Below the pieces are notes generated by a model. That model was not told the DNA's origin and made no database searches. It worked only from the letters and a program-made list of their open reading frames with translations. Shown piece by piece: positions 9,108 through 18,558 of a DNA stretch of 53,628 bases (its first letter is position 1; every line of letters begins with the position of its first letter). The stretch covers positions 1 to 53,628 of the IMG/VR virus record IMGVR_UViG_3300022200_000063; one strand, written 5' to 3'. Source of the DNA: a virus. Lineage: Duplodnaviria > Caudoviricetes. Made by a program: the position numbers and the translations under genes.

Positions 9108-9701
9108 ATGATTAATTTAAATGACAGCAGTTATGATGCTGGTACATCAGCAGTAATTTTTAATGGAGGTAAAGCAGGTATTGTTAATAATGTGACTATT
9201 TCTATAGAAAAGAAGAAAGCTGATGACAAAGAACAAGCTCCTGATTATAAATTAGTATTTACAGATGCTAATGGAGGATCTTGTAATACTTCTTTTTGGT
9301 ATGTAACAGCTGATACTCAATATGCTAATATGAAAGAGCAAACCTTAAAGCAAGGTAAAATTTTGAAACATATTATTCATGCTATTTATGGATCAGAGTT
9401 CCAAATTCCTGTGGTAAAAACTCCTAAAGAATTATTAGATACTTGTATGAAGCTTATCCGAGATGGATTGGCTTCTGGTCTTAAATTTAGAGTATTTGCT
9501 AATTATGGGACTGCTCAATATACTAAAAAGTATATTCAGCCTCGTTCTTGGGTTCCTTTTATGGAGCCTATGACTGTATTGGAAGAAGAAAGTCGCTTAA
9601 AACAAGGCGATCTTGATGCTATGGTGCGTCTTGAAGAAGATTCTCCTGTTTCAGTATCAGAAAAAAGTTCTTCAAGTACTGATGACGATGATTGGGATTA
9701 A
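9108..9701 (+). CDS. Putative single-stranded DNA-binding protein
   Basis: Between the Sak4-like ATPase and primase; acidic/aromatic tail STDDDDWD; followed by a terminator. Confidence 0.6.
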   Translation: MINLNDSSYDAGTSAVIFNGGKAGIVNNVTISIEKKKADDKEQAPDYKLVFTDANGGSCNTSFWYVTADTQYANMKEQTLKQGKILKHIIHAIYGSEFQIPVVKTPKELLDTCMKLIRDGLASGLKFRVFANYGTAQYTKKYIQPRSWVPFMEPMTVLEEESRLKQGDLDAMVRLEEDSPVSVSEKSSSSTDDDDWD

Positions 9702-9713
9702 TCGTTAAATTTG

Positions 9714-9748
9714 TAGAGAGGCCTCATTAAGAGGCCTTTCTATTTTTT
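9714..9748 (+). terminator. Rho-independent terminator
   Basis: tagagaggcctc-attaa-gaggcctttcta stem followed by a T-run. Confidence 0.85.
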
Positions 9749-9758
9749 ATTTTATAGG

Positions 9759-10763
9759 ATGGGGAAATTAGACTTAAATTCTATTGCTTTTAACGAACAC
9801 CTTACTAGAGAAGATATCTTTAATATAATATCTCAAGAAGATATTTATTCTTTTTATATTGGGGAAAAGGTAGAATCAGGAGATAGACTACATAGCCCAT
9901 TAAGAGAAGATAATGTACCGTCTTTTGGTATATATTATCATAAACATCAACAAGGAATATTAATGTTCAAAGATTATGCTACAGGAGATTGTGGAGATGC
10001 TATAATTTTTGTATGTAAACTTTTTAATATTACTTATTATGAGGCCTTAATGAAAATTGCTTTTGATTTTAATCTTACGAGTCTACAAATTACTGATGGT
10101 AAAAAATACTATCAGACTATGAAAAAAGTAGTGCAGAAAGAACAAGTCAAGTTGGGAATAAAAATTAGGAATTGGCAAATAAAAGATAAGTCTTATTGGT
10201 CCAGTTTTGGCATAACAAAACGAACATTAATAAAATATAACGTATTTCCTATAAGTTATGTATTCTTTAATGGAGATGCTTATAAAGCAGATGATCTTGC
10301 ATATGCTTATGCAGAGTTTAAAGATAATATTCCCACTTATAAAATCTATCAGCCTTTTAGTAAAAAATTCAAGTGGATAAATAACGCCAATTATTCCGTA
10401 CATCAAGGATATAGTCAATTACCTTCAAAAGGAGAATTACTAATTATTACTAAATCACTTAAAGACGTTATGAGTATTCGTGACGTTTTAAGAGTCCCGT
10501 CTATCGGTCTACAATCTGAATCAGTTATGATGAAAGACTCTGTTATGGAAGAATATAAATCAAGATTTAAGAAAGTAGTTTGTCTTTTTGATAATGATAA
10601 TGCAGGTATTAATTTATCTGAACAATTTAGTGAATATTTTAATGTACCATATTTTTTACTTCCTAATATAAATGATACAAAAGATTTTTCAGATCTAGTA
10701 AAGGAAGTTGGTAAAGAAAAAGCACGACAAATTTTTACCAAAGAATTAAACAAATTAATCTAA
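9759..10763 (+). CDS. DnaG-like DNA primase (TOPRIM)
   Basis: N-terminal SPLREDNVPSF...FKDYATG (ZBD-like fold lacking the usual Cys); TOPRIM IITKSLKDV and FDNDNAG; C-terminal KDFSD. Confidence 0.82.
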   Translation: MGKLDLNSIAFNEHLTREDIFNIISQEDIYSFYIGEKVESGDRLHSPLREDNVPSFGIYYHKHQQGILMFKDYATGDCGDAIIFVCKLFNITYYEALMKIAFDFNLTSLQITDGKKYYQTMKKVVQKEQVKLGIKIRNWQIKDKSYWSSFGITKRTLIKYNVFPISYVFFNGDAYKADDLAYAYAEFKDNIPTYKIYQPFSKKFKWINNANYSVHQGYSQLPSKGELLIITKSLKDVMSIRDVLRVPSIGLQSESVMMKDSVMEEYKSRFKKVVCLFDNDNAGINLSEQFSEYFNVPYFLLPNINDTKDFSDLVKEVGKEKARQIFTKELNKLI

Positions 10764-13192
10764 TGAAAAGAGAAACAGACAAGCAAATCGGCTACGATTC
10801 TAACGTGGTCTTCGACGGCTATGATGCTAAAATTAGCGAATCTGATATGGATAAATTATGGGATTTATTACAAGATCCTTATAAAAATTCTATTGGAGCA
10901 GTAGTCAGAGAGTATGTGAGTAATTCTTTCGATTCTCATGCAGAAGCAAAATTTATTAAAGAAAATTCTGTTGAGGATATTCGTAAAGAGTATTCTATTT
11001 ACAATAATTATACTGATGATTATATTTATGAGCTTAAAGAGAGACTATCAGATTTTAATGATGATCCTGTAATTGTTACTATTAGTAAAGATGATACAGG
11101 GCATTATTGGGCTACTGAAGATTTTGGAGTAGGTTTAAGTCCTGAGAGAGTACGAGATGTATTTTGTAATTATCTTAAATCTACCAAAGAAGATACAAAT
11201 AATCTTATAGGAGCTTTTGGTATTGGCTCTAAATCGGGGTTATCGTATACTGATGTAGTCTATATCAGAACTCGTTACAATGGCACTGAGTATTTTTATA
11301 TGCTAAGAAAGGGAGAAAAGTCTCCTAGATTAGATGTAGTTATGGATATTCCTACAGATGAAAGAAATGGGACAGAGATTAAGGTCTATATCAAAACTAC
11401 AAAACAATACTCTTGGTCCAATCCTCAACCTGAGACTCATAGATTTCAAGAAGAGTGTAAAAAACAATTAGCTTATTTTGATAATGTATATTTTAAAGGA
11501 ACGAATATCGCCAATGACTATACTATTATAGAAGGAGATAATTGGAAAATATCAAGTAATGGTAATCCTTTTTCAGGTCTACATATGTGCTTAGGAAAAG
11601 TGGCCTACCCCATTGATTGGGATTCTTTAGGCGAAGAGTCAATAAAACTTCCTGTAGCTTTAAAGTTTGATATTGGAGAATTGGACATTATTCAAACAAG
11701 AGAAGATGTAAAATATACTCCTAGAACAAAAGAAGCCATTTTAAATAAAATAAAAGCACTTAAACAAGAATTATTGGATAGATGGAAAGCTGAGAATGAA
11801 TACGAAACAGATAATTTCATAAATTTCATTAAGAATAGACATAATAATATTGTTTTAAATTTTACTACTAAGAACTATTCATCTACTTTGTATCTATCAG
11901 AATTATTTTCTGATAAAGAGATGCCTAAATGGAAATTCATTCCTTACGATAAAATAGGTTTTAATGTAGATTCTTTTGAAGGTTTTAGGTTTTTTGTAGA
12001 TTATCATTCTCCAAACTATGTAAATAACACAGGTTTAAAACATCAAAATAATGAGATAGCAACTTTAATAAAAAGAAATGCTCCTTGTTATCGTATAGTA
12101 GGAACCCATGATTCAAGAAAGAGTAAATATATAGCAAATACTGTAGATAGACCTTTATTTTATTTTGTAAGAGAAAAGGCAGATGCTACTATAAATTTAA
12201 AGCATTATAAAACTTTTTTGAAATTAGAAAACTACCCTAAAAGTGAGTGGAGAACTATAATTAGTACGGTACAAAAAGAAGAAAAGAAGGCTCTTTTAGC
12301 TTTTACTAAATCTTATCAAAATACTATTATTGATCCAGATTGGCTAAAAGCACAAAGAAGTGCTAGAAAATCCTCTGATAATACTGTGTTTAATATTTAT
12401 AAATATGACGATTCTTATAGTTATTCAGGTGCTTTTAAAGCACATCAAATGAAGAAAAGGCAGATTGAAGGAAGTAAGAGGATTTTATATGTAGCAGGAC
12501 TTAAAGAAGACCAACGTTGGTTAAGATTTGTACATTATGTACTCACCGATATTTACGGAAGTTCTAAGAAAAGATACTTTAATGTTTTCTATATAGCTCC
12601 TTCAAATGTTAAATATTTAAAAGATGCAGTCAACCTAATAAATCCTTTAAATTATATGGAAAATCGAATTTTTATCAAAGCAGTAACTGCAATTAAGATA
12701 GCTAGATCACCAGAATTCGAGTCTTTAAGAGAAATCCTAAGCCATTCTTCAAAATACTCTCATGCATTATTAAATATTAATCCTGAGATTTCTAAATTAA
12801 TTGACGAATTATCTTCTTTTACTACTAATTACAATTCTTTTAATAATATCGAACTAAACTCTAAATTTTATAGTAAAGAAAGTAAGGAATCTTTTATTAT
12901 AAGTGTGTATAATTATGTAGAAAGTAAAGGTCTTTTTGATAAGAAGTATTTAGAAATAGCTGATAAAGTTCAGGATTTCTTTAAAAATGTTCCTTTAATA
13001 ACTAATCTAAGACAATCAGAGATTACAGAACAAAATTTAAGTGTAGCATTTTACAGATTTAATAAATCTGCTCCAAAACAATTTTGGAAAAAAATTAATC
13101 CTATGCTTTATGTGAATCTGAATGATGAGGAGTTTAAATGGTTAGAAAAAGTGGAGCAAAATCGTTATAAAAGAATTCATTTAATACCTTAA
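10763..13192 (+). CDS. rIIA: rIIA-like protein (N-terminal GHKL ATPase)
   Basis: VREYVSNSFDSH, EDFGVGLS, STK...IGAFGIGSKS, NGTEI, GKVAYPI, FDIGELDIIQTRE; paired with a rIIB-like gene. Confidence 0.82.
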   Translation: MKRETDKQIGYDSNVVFDGYDAKISESDMDKLWDLLQDPYKNSIGAVVREYVSNSFDSHAEAKFIKENSVEDIRKEYSIYNNYTDDYIYELKERLSDFNDDPVIVTISKDDTGHYWATEDFGVGLSPERVRDVFCNYLKSTKEDTNNLIGAFGIGSKSGLSYTDVVYIRTRYNGTEYFYMLRKGEKSPRLDVVMDIPTDERNGTEIKVYIKTTKQYSWSNPQPETHRFQEECKKQLAYFDNVYFKGTNIANDYTIIEGDNWKISSNGNPFSGLHMCLGKVAYPIDWDSLGEESIKLPVALKFDIGELDIIQTREDVKYTPRTKEAILNKIKALKQELLDRWKAENEYETDNFINFIKNRHNNIVLNFTTKNYSSTLYLSELFSDKEMPKWKFIPYDKIGFNVDSFEGFRFFVDYHSPNYVNNTGLKHQNNEIATLIKRNAPCYRIVGTHDSRKSKYIANTVDRPLFYFVREKADATINLKHYKTFLKLENYPKSEWRTIISTVQKEEKKALLAFTKSYQNTIIDPDWLKAQRSARKSSDNTVFNIYKYDDSYSYSGAFKAHQMKKRQIEGSKRILYVAGLKEDQRWLRFVHYVLTDIYGSSKKRYFNVFYIAPSNVKYLKDAVNLINPLNYMENRIFIKAVTAIKIARSPEFESLREILSHSSKYSHALLNINPEISKLIDELSSFTTNYNSFNNIELNSKFYSKESKESFIISVYNYVESKGLFDKKYLEIADKVQDFFKNVPLITNLRQSEITEQNLSVAFYRFNKSAPKQFWKKINPMLYVNLNDEEFKWLEKVEQNRYKRIHLIP

Positions 13193-13194
13193 TT

Positions 13195-13464
13195 ATGGAA
13201 AATGAAATAGCAAAAGATTATTTTGGAAATGATGTGCAAGTAGGAGATATTATAATCAGACCTGTATACTCTTCTGTAGAAGAAAGAAAGGTGGTTAAGA
13301 TAACCAGATTAAGTATATACTTAGAAGGAATACATTATATATGGAATCCGACAAAAAAACGTTATGAAGCTACATCTAATTCTTTTGGAAAACCTTTAAG
13401 AATAAGTAGAGAGTACTGGGAATATAGAATTTTTAATAAATCAAAATTAACAAACAATGATTAA
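13195..13464 (+). CDS. Hypothetical protein
   Basis: KDYFGNDVQVGDII start typical of small SH3-like phage proteins; lies between rIIA and rIIB. Confidence 0.55.
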   Translation: MENEIAKDYFGNDVQVGDIIIRPVYSSVEERKVVKITRLSIYLEGIHYIWNPTKKRYEATSNSFGKPLRISREYWEYRIFNKSKLTNND

Positions 13465-14752
13465 AGCAACTAGAGTTGGGCATACTATTGTATGTTTTAT
13501 CAACAACAAAATGTATCAAAAAACATTTTTAGATGAAAAAGAATTAATTTCTAATTATGAATTAATCCTTAACACTTCAGACGAAGATCCTGAAGAAATA
13601 GCTAATTTAAAAGCTATTTTTGAGATTCCTAAAACTTCTGAAGAATTAGAAATTGAAAAAAAAGTTGAAGAAATTAATCGTAATGCTGAAGAACGTAAAG
13701 ACCTTCTTCAATGGATGGAAGATATTAAGAATCTCGGAGATGAGCATTTTGAGGTAAAAGGGATTAGTTTGTATATGAAAGGTATTCCTATTTCTGTACC
13801 AGAATTTTTAGCTAAAGAATTTGCTAAAAGAAGAGAAAATGAGGAAGATCTAAAATCATTAATTAATTTTTGGAGATTATTAGCATTAAATCCTGATCCA
13901 AGATGTAGAGAGGACTTGTATAAGTTCTTAATTAATAATCATATGGTGGTTACCCCTTCTGGTTATTTCTTGGCTTATAGAAATGCAAATGTTAAAAAGG
14001 CTTCTAATAACAGAATTCTTGAAGAATTTGTAGCGGCCCAAATAATAAAAATCAAAGGATGGAAAAAATCTCCTAAAAATTATATTATTTTTCAACATCT
14101 AGATTCTAATGAACTTGAATGTAAGGCTTTTCAAATTATAGATAAATGGTTTGATTCAGAGAATATTAAACGTTCTGATTATAAGGAATTAGGTAATCTC
14201 CAAGATTTATCTGATGAGTTTAATGAAAATATTCACGAATTAGGACAAACTATCTATACTGACGCTCATTCAGGAAGTACTACTATTATTATAGGACAAC
14301 CAGTTACTATTGATAGAAATGAATGTGATGCTGATCCTGATAGAACATGTTCCAGAGGTTTGCACTTAGGTTCTACTAATTTTATGAGTAGAAATTATTT
14401 TGGTTCTGTGGGTCTTGTATGTTTATGTAATCCTATGCATGTTGTAGCAGTTCCATATACTGATGGACAAAAACTACGTACTTCTGAATATTTACCTATT
14501 GGTATTGCTGAGTACGAGAAGCAGGGAAAAATTATACCAATAGAATCAGCTACTTTTGAGTATGACTATGCTACTCATACAGAGGAACAATTGACTGACA
14601 TGCTCTCTAAGGCTCGTTTTGAATCTCTTAAAGAACATAAAATCCTTCCTTTGGAAATCACTCAAAAACAATTAGATGAGATTCTTAAAGGGTTTTCTGA
14701 ATCTGTAGATGATATGAGAGAAATAATTAATAACAGAGTAAATAAAGTGTAA
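13457..14752 (+). CDS. rIIB: rIIB-like protein
   Basis: LINFW..LALNP, LYKFL, GYFLAYR, YTDAHSG, CDADPDRTCSRGLH, VVAVPY. Confidence 0.85.
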   Translation: MIKATRVGHTIVCFINNKMYQKTFLDEKELISNYELILNTSDEDPEEIANLKAIFEIPKTSEELEIEKKVEEINRNAEERKDLLQWMEDIKNLGDEHFEVKGISLYMKGIPISVPEFLAKEFAKRRENEEDLKSLINFWRLLALNPDPRCREDLYKFLINNHMVVTPSGYFLAYRNANVKKASNNRILEEFVAAQIIKIKGWKKSPKNYIIFQHLDSNELECKAFQIIDKWFDSENIKRSDYKELGNLQDLSDEFNENIHELGQTIYTDAHSGSTTIIIGQPVTIDRNECDADPDRTCSRGLHLGSTNFMSRNYFGSVGLVCLCNPMHVVAVPYTDGQKLRTSEYLPIGIAEYEKQGKIIPIESATFEYDYATHTEEQLTDMLSKARFESLKEHKILPLEITQKQLDEILKGFSESVDDMREIINNRVNKV

Positions 14753-14753
14753 T

Positions 14754-15245
14754 ATGGTAAGTGAAATTAAATTAGAATTTCCTGAGTTTATTACACATAT
14801 ACCTCAAAGTAAGAACAAATTTTTAAAAATAGGTTATAACAGAATCTACGCGTCTGCCCACCATACGGTTAGGGCAGCGCTAGTTTCTGCTATGCATGGT
14901 TATATTGAAAAACATATTCCAGAAAATTTGTCTATAGAAACTCCTATAGAAACTAAACTTGTTGTGTATGTACCAATAAATTTTGGAGATGTTAAACGAT
15001 TAAAGGACAAAAAAACAGGTAATTGGTACTTGAATTGGAAACCTGCAAGAATAGGATATTCTCCTAGATGGGATATCGGAAATCTCGCTATGGTATGGAT
15101 TAAATGTTTAGATGACGTACTAATTAAGAAAAATATTCTTCCAGAAGATACTGTGGAATTTCTAAAAAAGACAAGTTATGAATTTGTAGAAGTACCTACA
15201 TTAAAAGAGAGAAAATTAGTATATCATATCAAAACAATTAAATAA
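14754..15245 (+). CDS. Putative RusA-like Holliday junction resolvase
   Basis: WDIGNL...KCLDDVL....ILPED matches the RusA D.DN..K...D.L.....DD pattern. Confidence 0.6.
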   Translation: MVSEIKLEFPEFITHIPQSKNKFLKIGYNRIYASAHHTVRAALVSAMHGYIEKHIPENLSIETPIETKLVVYVPINFGDVKRLKDKKTGNWYLNWKPARIGYSPRWDIGNLAMVWIKCLDDVLIKKNILPEDTVEFLKKTSYEFVEVPTLKERKLVYHIKTIK

Positions 15246-16255
15246 TGAATACATATAAAGAGATAGAAGCTATAAATCAGAGTTCCCTAAAGCAAATTTT
15301 AAAAAGTCCTAAAGCATATTTAGACGCTAAAGATAAGGATGATTTTGGAAGAGATCCTAAGCATTATGTATTAGGCAGTCTTCTTGATGAAATGTTATTA
15401 GAGGATTCTGATTATATAGAAAATAATTATTATCAAATGCCTGAGATTTCAGTAAGTGATTCTATTAAAGATATTATAGAATATGTGCACGAAGTTGTGA
15501 CAGTTGAGGGAATAGAAGATACTATAGAATCTGGGGCATTAGATGAGTTAATCGTTAAAGGATGTGGAATTTATAATTGGAATCCAAAATGGGGACCAGA
15601 AGCTAGAGCAAAAAATATTAAAGCAAATGGTGGTATTGAGTACTTCAACGCTCTAAAGAATTGTAATGGGAAAACTCTTATCACTGCTTTAGAATATAAT
15701 CAAGCTTTAATTGCTAAAATGGCCGCCATATCTGATCCTTATATTAAACCATTTTTAGTAGCTTCTTCTGATAATGAAATTATAAAGAAAAAAGTAATCC
15801 AATTTACTTATAGAAATTATAGTTGTAAGGGAGAAGTAGATTTAATTAGAATAGATCATAAAAACAAACTGATTCATCCTTGCGATATAAAAAGTCTTGG
15901 CATGTCTACTGAGTATTTTCCATTAAATTTTTGGAAATTCAGATATGATTTTCAAGGAAGTTTTTATTCTATAGGATTAGAGCAGGATCCTGAAATTATC
16001 AGTTTAATGAATAAAGGCTATGGAATAAAGCCTTTTAAATTTATCGTTATAGACATTAATAATAATAGTTACCCTCTTATTTATGAAATGCCTTCAGATG
16101 TATTTATGATAGGCGTTCGAGGGGGAACTTTGTCTAACGGTAAAGTTTTAGAAGGAATAGACCAGGCTTTTGATAGATTAGATTTCCACCTAACCAAAGG
16201 TGATTTTACCTACCCTAAAGAATATTATAATGGTCCTTTAAAACTTTCTATATGA
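15245..16255 (+). CDS. PD-(D/E)XK exonuclease (RecE/exonuclease VIII-like)
   Basis: NQSSLKQILKSP, LGSLLD, CKGEVDLI, DIKS, YDFQGSFY. Confidence 0.8.
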   Translation: MNTYKEIEAINQSSLKQILKSPKAYLDAKDKDDFGRDPKHYVLGSLLDEMLLEDSDYIENNYYQMPEISVSDSIKDIIEYVHEVVTVEGIEDTIESGALDELIVKGCGIYNWNPKWGPEARAKNIKANGGIEYFNALKNCNGKTLITALEYNQALIAKMAAISDPYIKPFLVASSDNEIIKKKVIQFTYRNYSCKGEVDLIRIDHKNKLIHPCDIKSLGMSTEYFPLNFWKFRYDFQGSFYSIGLEQDPEIISLMNKGYGIKPFKFIVIDINNNSYPLIYEMPSDVFMIGVRGGTLSNGKVLEGIDQAFDRLDFHLTKGDFTYPKEYYNGPLKLSI

Positions 16256-16863
16256 GTGTATTAAAATATACCAAAACCTCTACTTTTCTATTTCCTCTTT
16301 TAAATATTCCTAAAGAATTTTTTAAATGTGAAGTAAAAAATAGTTTTGGAACTATTTTATTCCACTCTAGGTTCATCAATGCTTATTTATATAATAATGA
16401 TGTAGTAACAGATACTTGTATTCATTTATTAATCAGATCTTACCAAGATCCTGGTTTTCATAATTTCTATAAGACTATAACTAGTTTAGAGAATTATGTA
16501 GATGATTATGAGAAAGATGGTTTTCTTATTGTTATTATTGGTGTGCCTGAAGAAAATATTAATGACTTTTATTTAATTTTAAAGGGACAGTATTCTAAAA
16601 TATCTAAAGAAGCTCGTACTAAAATATTCAAAAACTCTTTCTTTTCTGGTAATATTTCTGTTTTGCCTATGATTTTTAGTAAAGCATTGGCTTTAAAAGA
16701 GATGTGGGAGAAAGAATTATCTACTCCTGAAATAGGATTTATAGCAGATTTAGGGGATCAGGAAGTGTGGAGTATTTTAGACGAAAAGAAAGAAACTTTA
16801 GATAAAGATGTATTCGTCTCATTAAAAGAGTTTAGTAGAAAAAGTAATATTATTAAGACATGA
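16252..16863 (+). CDS. Hypothetical phage protein
   Basis: 203-aa ORF with ATGA overlaps; FLFPLL, FINAY and GQYSKIS segments. Confidence 0.6.
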   Translation: MSVLKYTKTSTFLFPLLNIPKEFFKCEVKNSFGTILFHSRFINAYLYNNDVVTDTCIHLLIRSYQDPGFHNFYKTITSLENYVDDYEKDGFLIVIIGVPEENINDFYLILKGQYSKISKEARTKIFKNSFFSGNISVLPMIFSKALALKEMWEKELSTPEIGFIADLGDQEVWSILDEKKETLDKDVFVSLKEFSRKSNIIKT

Positions 16864-17558
16864 GTAAGTATGGAAGAACATTTTGGGAAAAAGAGATTGG
16901 GAAAGATTGGACTCTTGTATTGAAATATTTATTAAAAACTCCTTATGGAGATAAATTAATAGATTTTCTTAATGTAGAGTATGCTATGCAAAAAGTAAAT
17001 CCTTCCAAAATGAGTCAAGTATTTTTACCTTTTCGTACTTGTGCATGGGAAGATATTAAAATTGTGATTGTAACCGCTGAGCCTCATATTTTTGCAGGCT
17101 CAAGCGGATACGGTCCTGGAGAGCCTTATACAAATTCTTTTTACTCTTCTTCATTAGGATTACTTTATAATGCAGTAGAACGAGCCTACTACTCTCCTTA
17201 CAAAACTTTTAATTTTGATTTTGATTTTTCTCTAGAATCTTGGGCAAAACAAGGAATTCTTTTATTAAATTTAAGTCTTTCTGTAAGAAAAAATGAACCT
17301 GGTTCTCATGAAAAGCCTTGGAATAAGTTTGTATCAGAAGTCTTAAATCAAATTAATGAAAGAAAAACTGGTATTATATTTCTCTTAATAGGAGATCGCC
17401 CATGTAAATTAGGAGATCATATTTCTAAAAATCATTATGTATTTAAAACTAAGGCTTTAAAGGATTATGTAGGGGAGAAAAAAGAATTTCCAGAAAATGT
17501 ATTTCTTGATATAGACAAGATTATGGTAGATTTGTACAACGAAAAAATTAATTGGTAA
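16860..17558 (+). CDS. Uracil-DNA glycosylase (family 1)-like protein with degenerate catalytic motifs
   Basis: IKIVIVTAEPH (cf. VKVVILGQDPY), LESWAKQGILLLN.SLSV...PGSH..W, IIFLLIG; HPSP motif absent. Confidence 0.8.
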   Translation: MSKYGRTFWEKEIGKDWTLVLKYLLKTPYGDKLIDFLNVEYAMQKVNPSKMSQVFLPFRTCAWEDIKIVIVTAEPHIFAGSSGYGPGEPYTNSFYSSSLGLLYNAVERAYYSPYKTFNFDFDFSLESWAKQGILLLNLSLSVRKNEPGSHEKPWNKFVSEVLNQINERKTGIIFLLIGDRPCKLGDHISKNHYVFKTKALKDYVGEKKEFPENVFLDIDKIMVDLYNEKINW

Positions 17559-17932
17559 TGAAGATAGGAGATAAAGTAGTTTGTATTAATGTAAATTGGT
17601 CAGTAGATCCTCAAAATTTTCCTGATGTAACATTTCCTGAATTATATCAGGAATTGACGATTAGAGATATTTATTATTATCCTCTTGATGGAGGGCTGAT
17701 AAACCTTGTGTTTGAAGAGATTAGGAATCCTTTAAAGGGTTATCCTATAGTCACTCAGTTATTTGGAAGAGATATAGAGCATGATTTTGATAGTAAGAGA
17801 TTTGCAAAATTGGAGGATAGAAAAATTGAGGAAAAGAAAACAAATGCTTTGACCAAGAAATTAGCATTAAAAGCACTTGAGGAATATCCAGAATATAATC
17901 CAGAAGAATTGATTAAAGAAGTATTAATATGA
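17552..17932 (+). CDS. Hypothetical protein
   Basis: KIGDKVVCI start and FDSKRF segment, a common small phage protein type. Confidence 0.6.
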   Translation: MVMKIGDKVVCINVNWSVDPQNFPDVTFPELYQELTIRDIYYYPLDGGLINLVFEEIRNPLKGYPIVTQLFGRDIEHDFDSKRFAKLEDRKIEEKKTNALTKKLALKALEEYPEYNPEELIKEVLI

Positions 17933-18429
17933 ACATTAGTAGTGATATGAGAGATATGGAAAAAGATTTAGAAGAAAAATTAATTCAATCTGATATAGTA
18001 AGAATGATTACTGTATGGAGTGAATTATTCGGAGCTCCTATTCAAGAAGAGAAAAAACTTCCCACAAGAGATCGTGAGAATTTAAGTTATAAACTTATTG
18101 AGGAAGAACTTCAAGAGTTGTTTGAGGCCCAAAATGAAAGAGATCTAACAGCTATTCAAGATGCTTTAGGAGATTTACTTTGGGTAGTAATACGTGCTAT
18201 GATGGAATATGGAATAAGTCCTCTTTCTACAATTAGGTCTATCTATATTTCTAATATGTCTAAGTTAGACACTTCTTTTAAAGATCTTTTAAAATCTGCT
18301 ATGATTTATAGTAATAAAGGAATAGAAACCTATTATAAACAGACAGAAGATGGGAGATATATCCTTAAGAGAGAGCTTGATGATAAAATTTTAAAATCTC
18401 ATAAATTTAAAGAACCTAAATTTAACTAG
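17929..18429 (+). CDS. MazG-like/all-alpha NTP pyrophosphohydrolase
   Basis: LIEEELQEL, DALGDLLWV, SNMSK, KILKS..FKEP. Confidence 0.85.
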   Translation: MNISSDMRDMEKDLEEKLIQSDIVRMITVWSELFGAPIQEEKKLPTRDRENLSYKLIEEELQELFEAQNERDLTAIQDALGDLLWVVIRAMMEYGISPLSTIRSIYISNMSKLDTSFKDLLKSAMIYSNKGIETYYKQTEDGRYILKRELDDKILKSHKFKEPKFN

Positions 18430-18503
18430 TCCATATATAATATTGATATAGTAGGGTAGGAAAAAGTATTTATAAATATACTTGAATTTGTGGACAGTGT
18501 GAT

Positions 18504-18543
18504 AATAAAAAGAGTTACTCAGAAATGGGTAACTCTTTTTATT
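18504..18543. terminator. Bidirectional intrinsic terminator between the convergent arms
   Basis: aataaaaagagttactca-gaaa-tgggtaactctttttatt; A-run before and T-run after the stem. Confidence 0.9.
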
Positions 18544-18558
18544 TAAAAAATTTGGCGT

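Noticed and set aside
2989-10753. Short minus-strand ORFs (2989, 4233, 4612, 5314, 7703, 8107, 10227, 10415)
   Set aside because: Antisense shadows of well-supported + strand genes, with no motifs.
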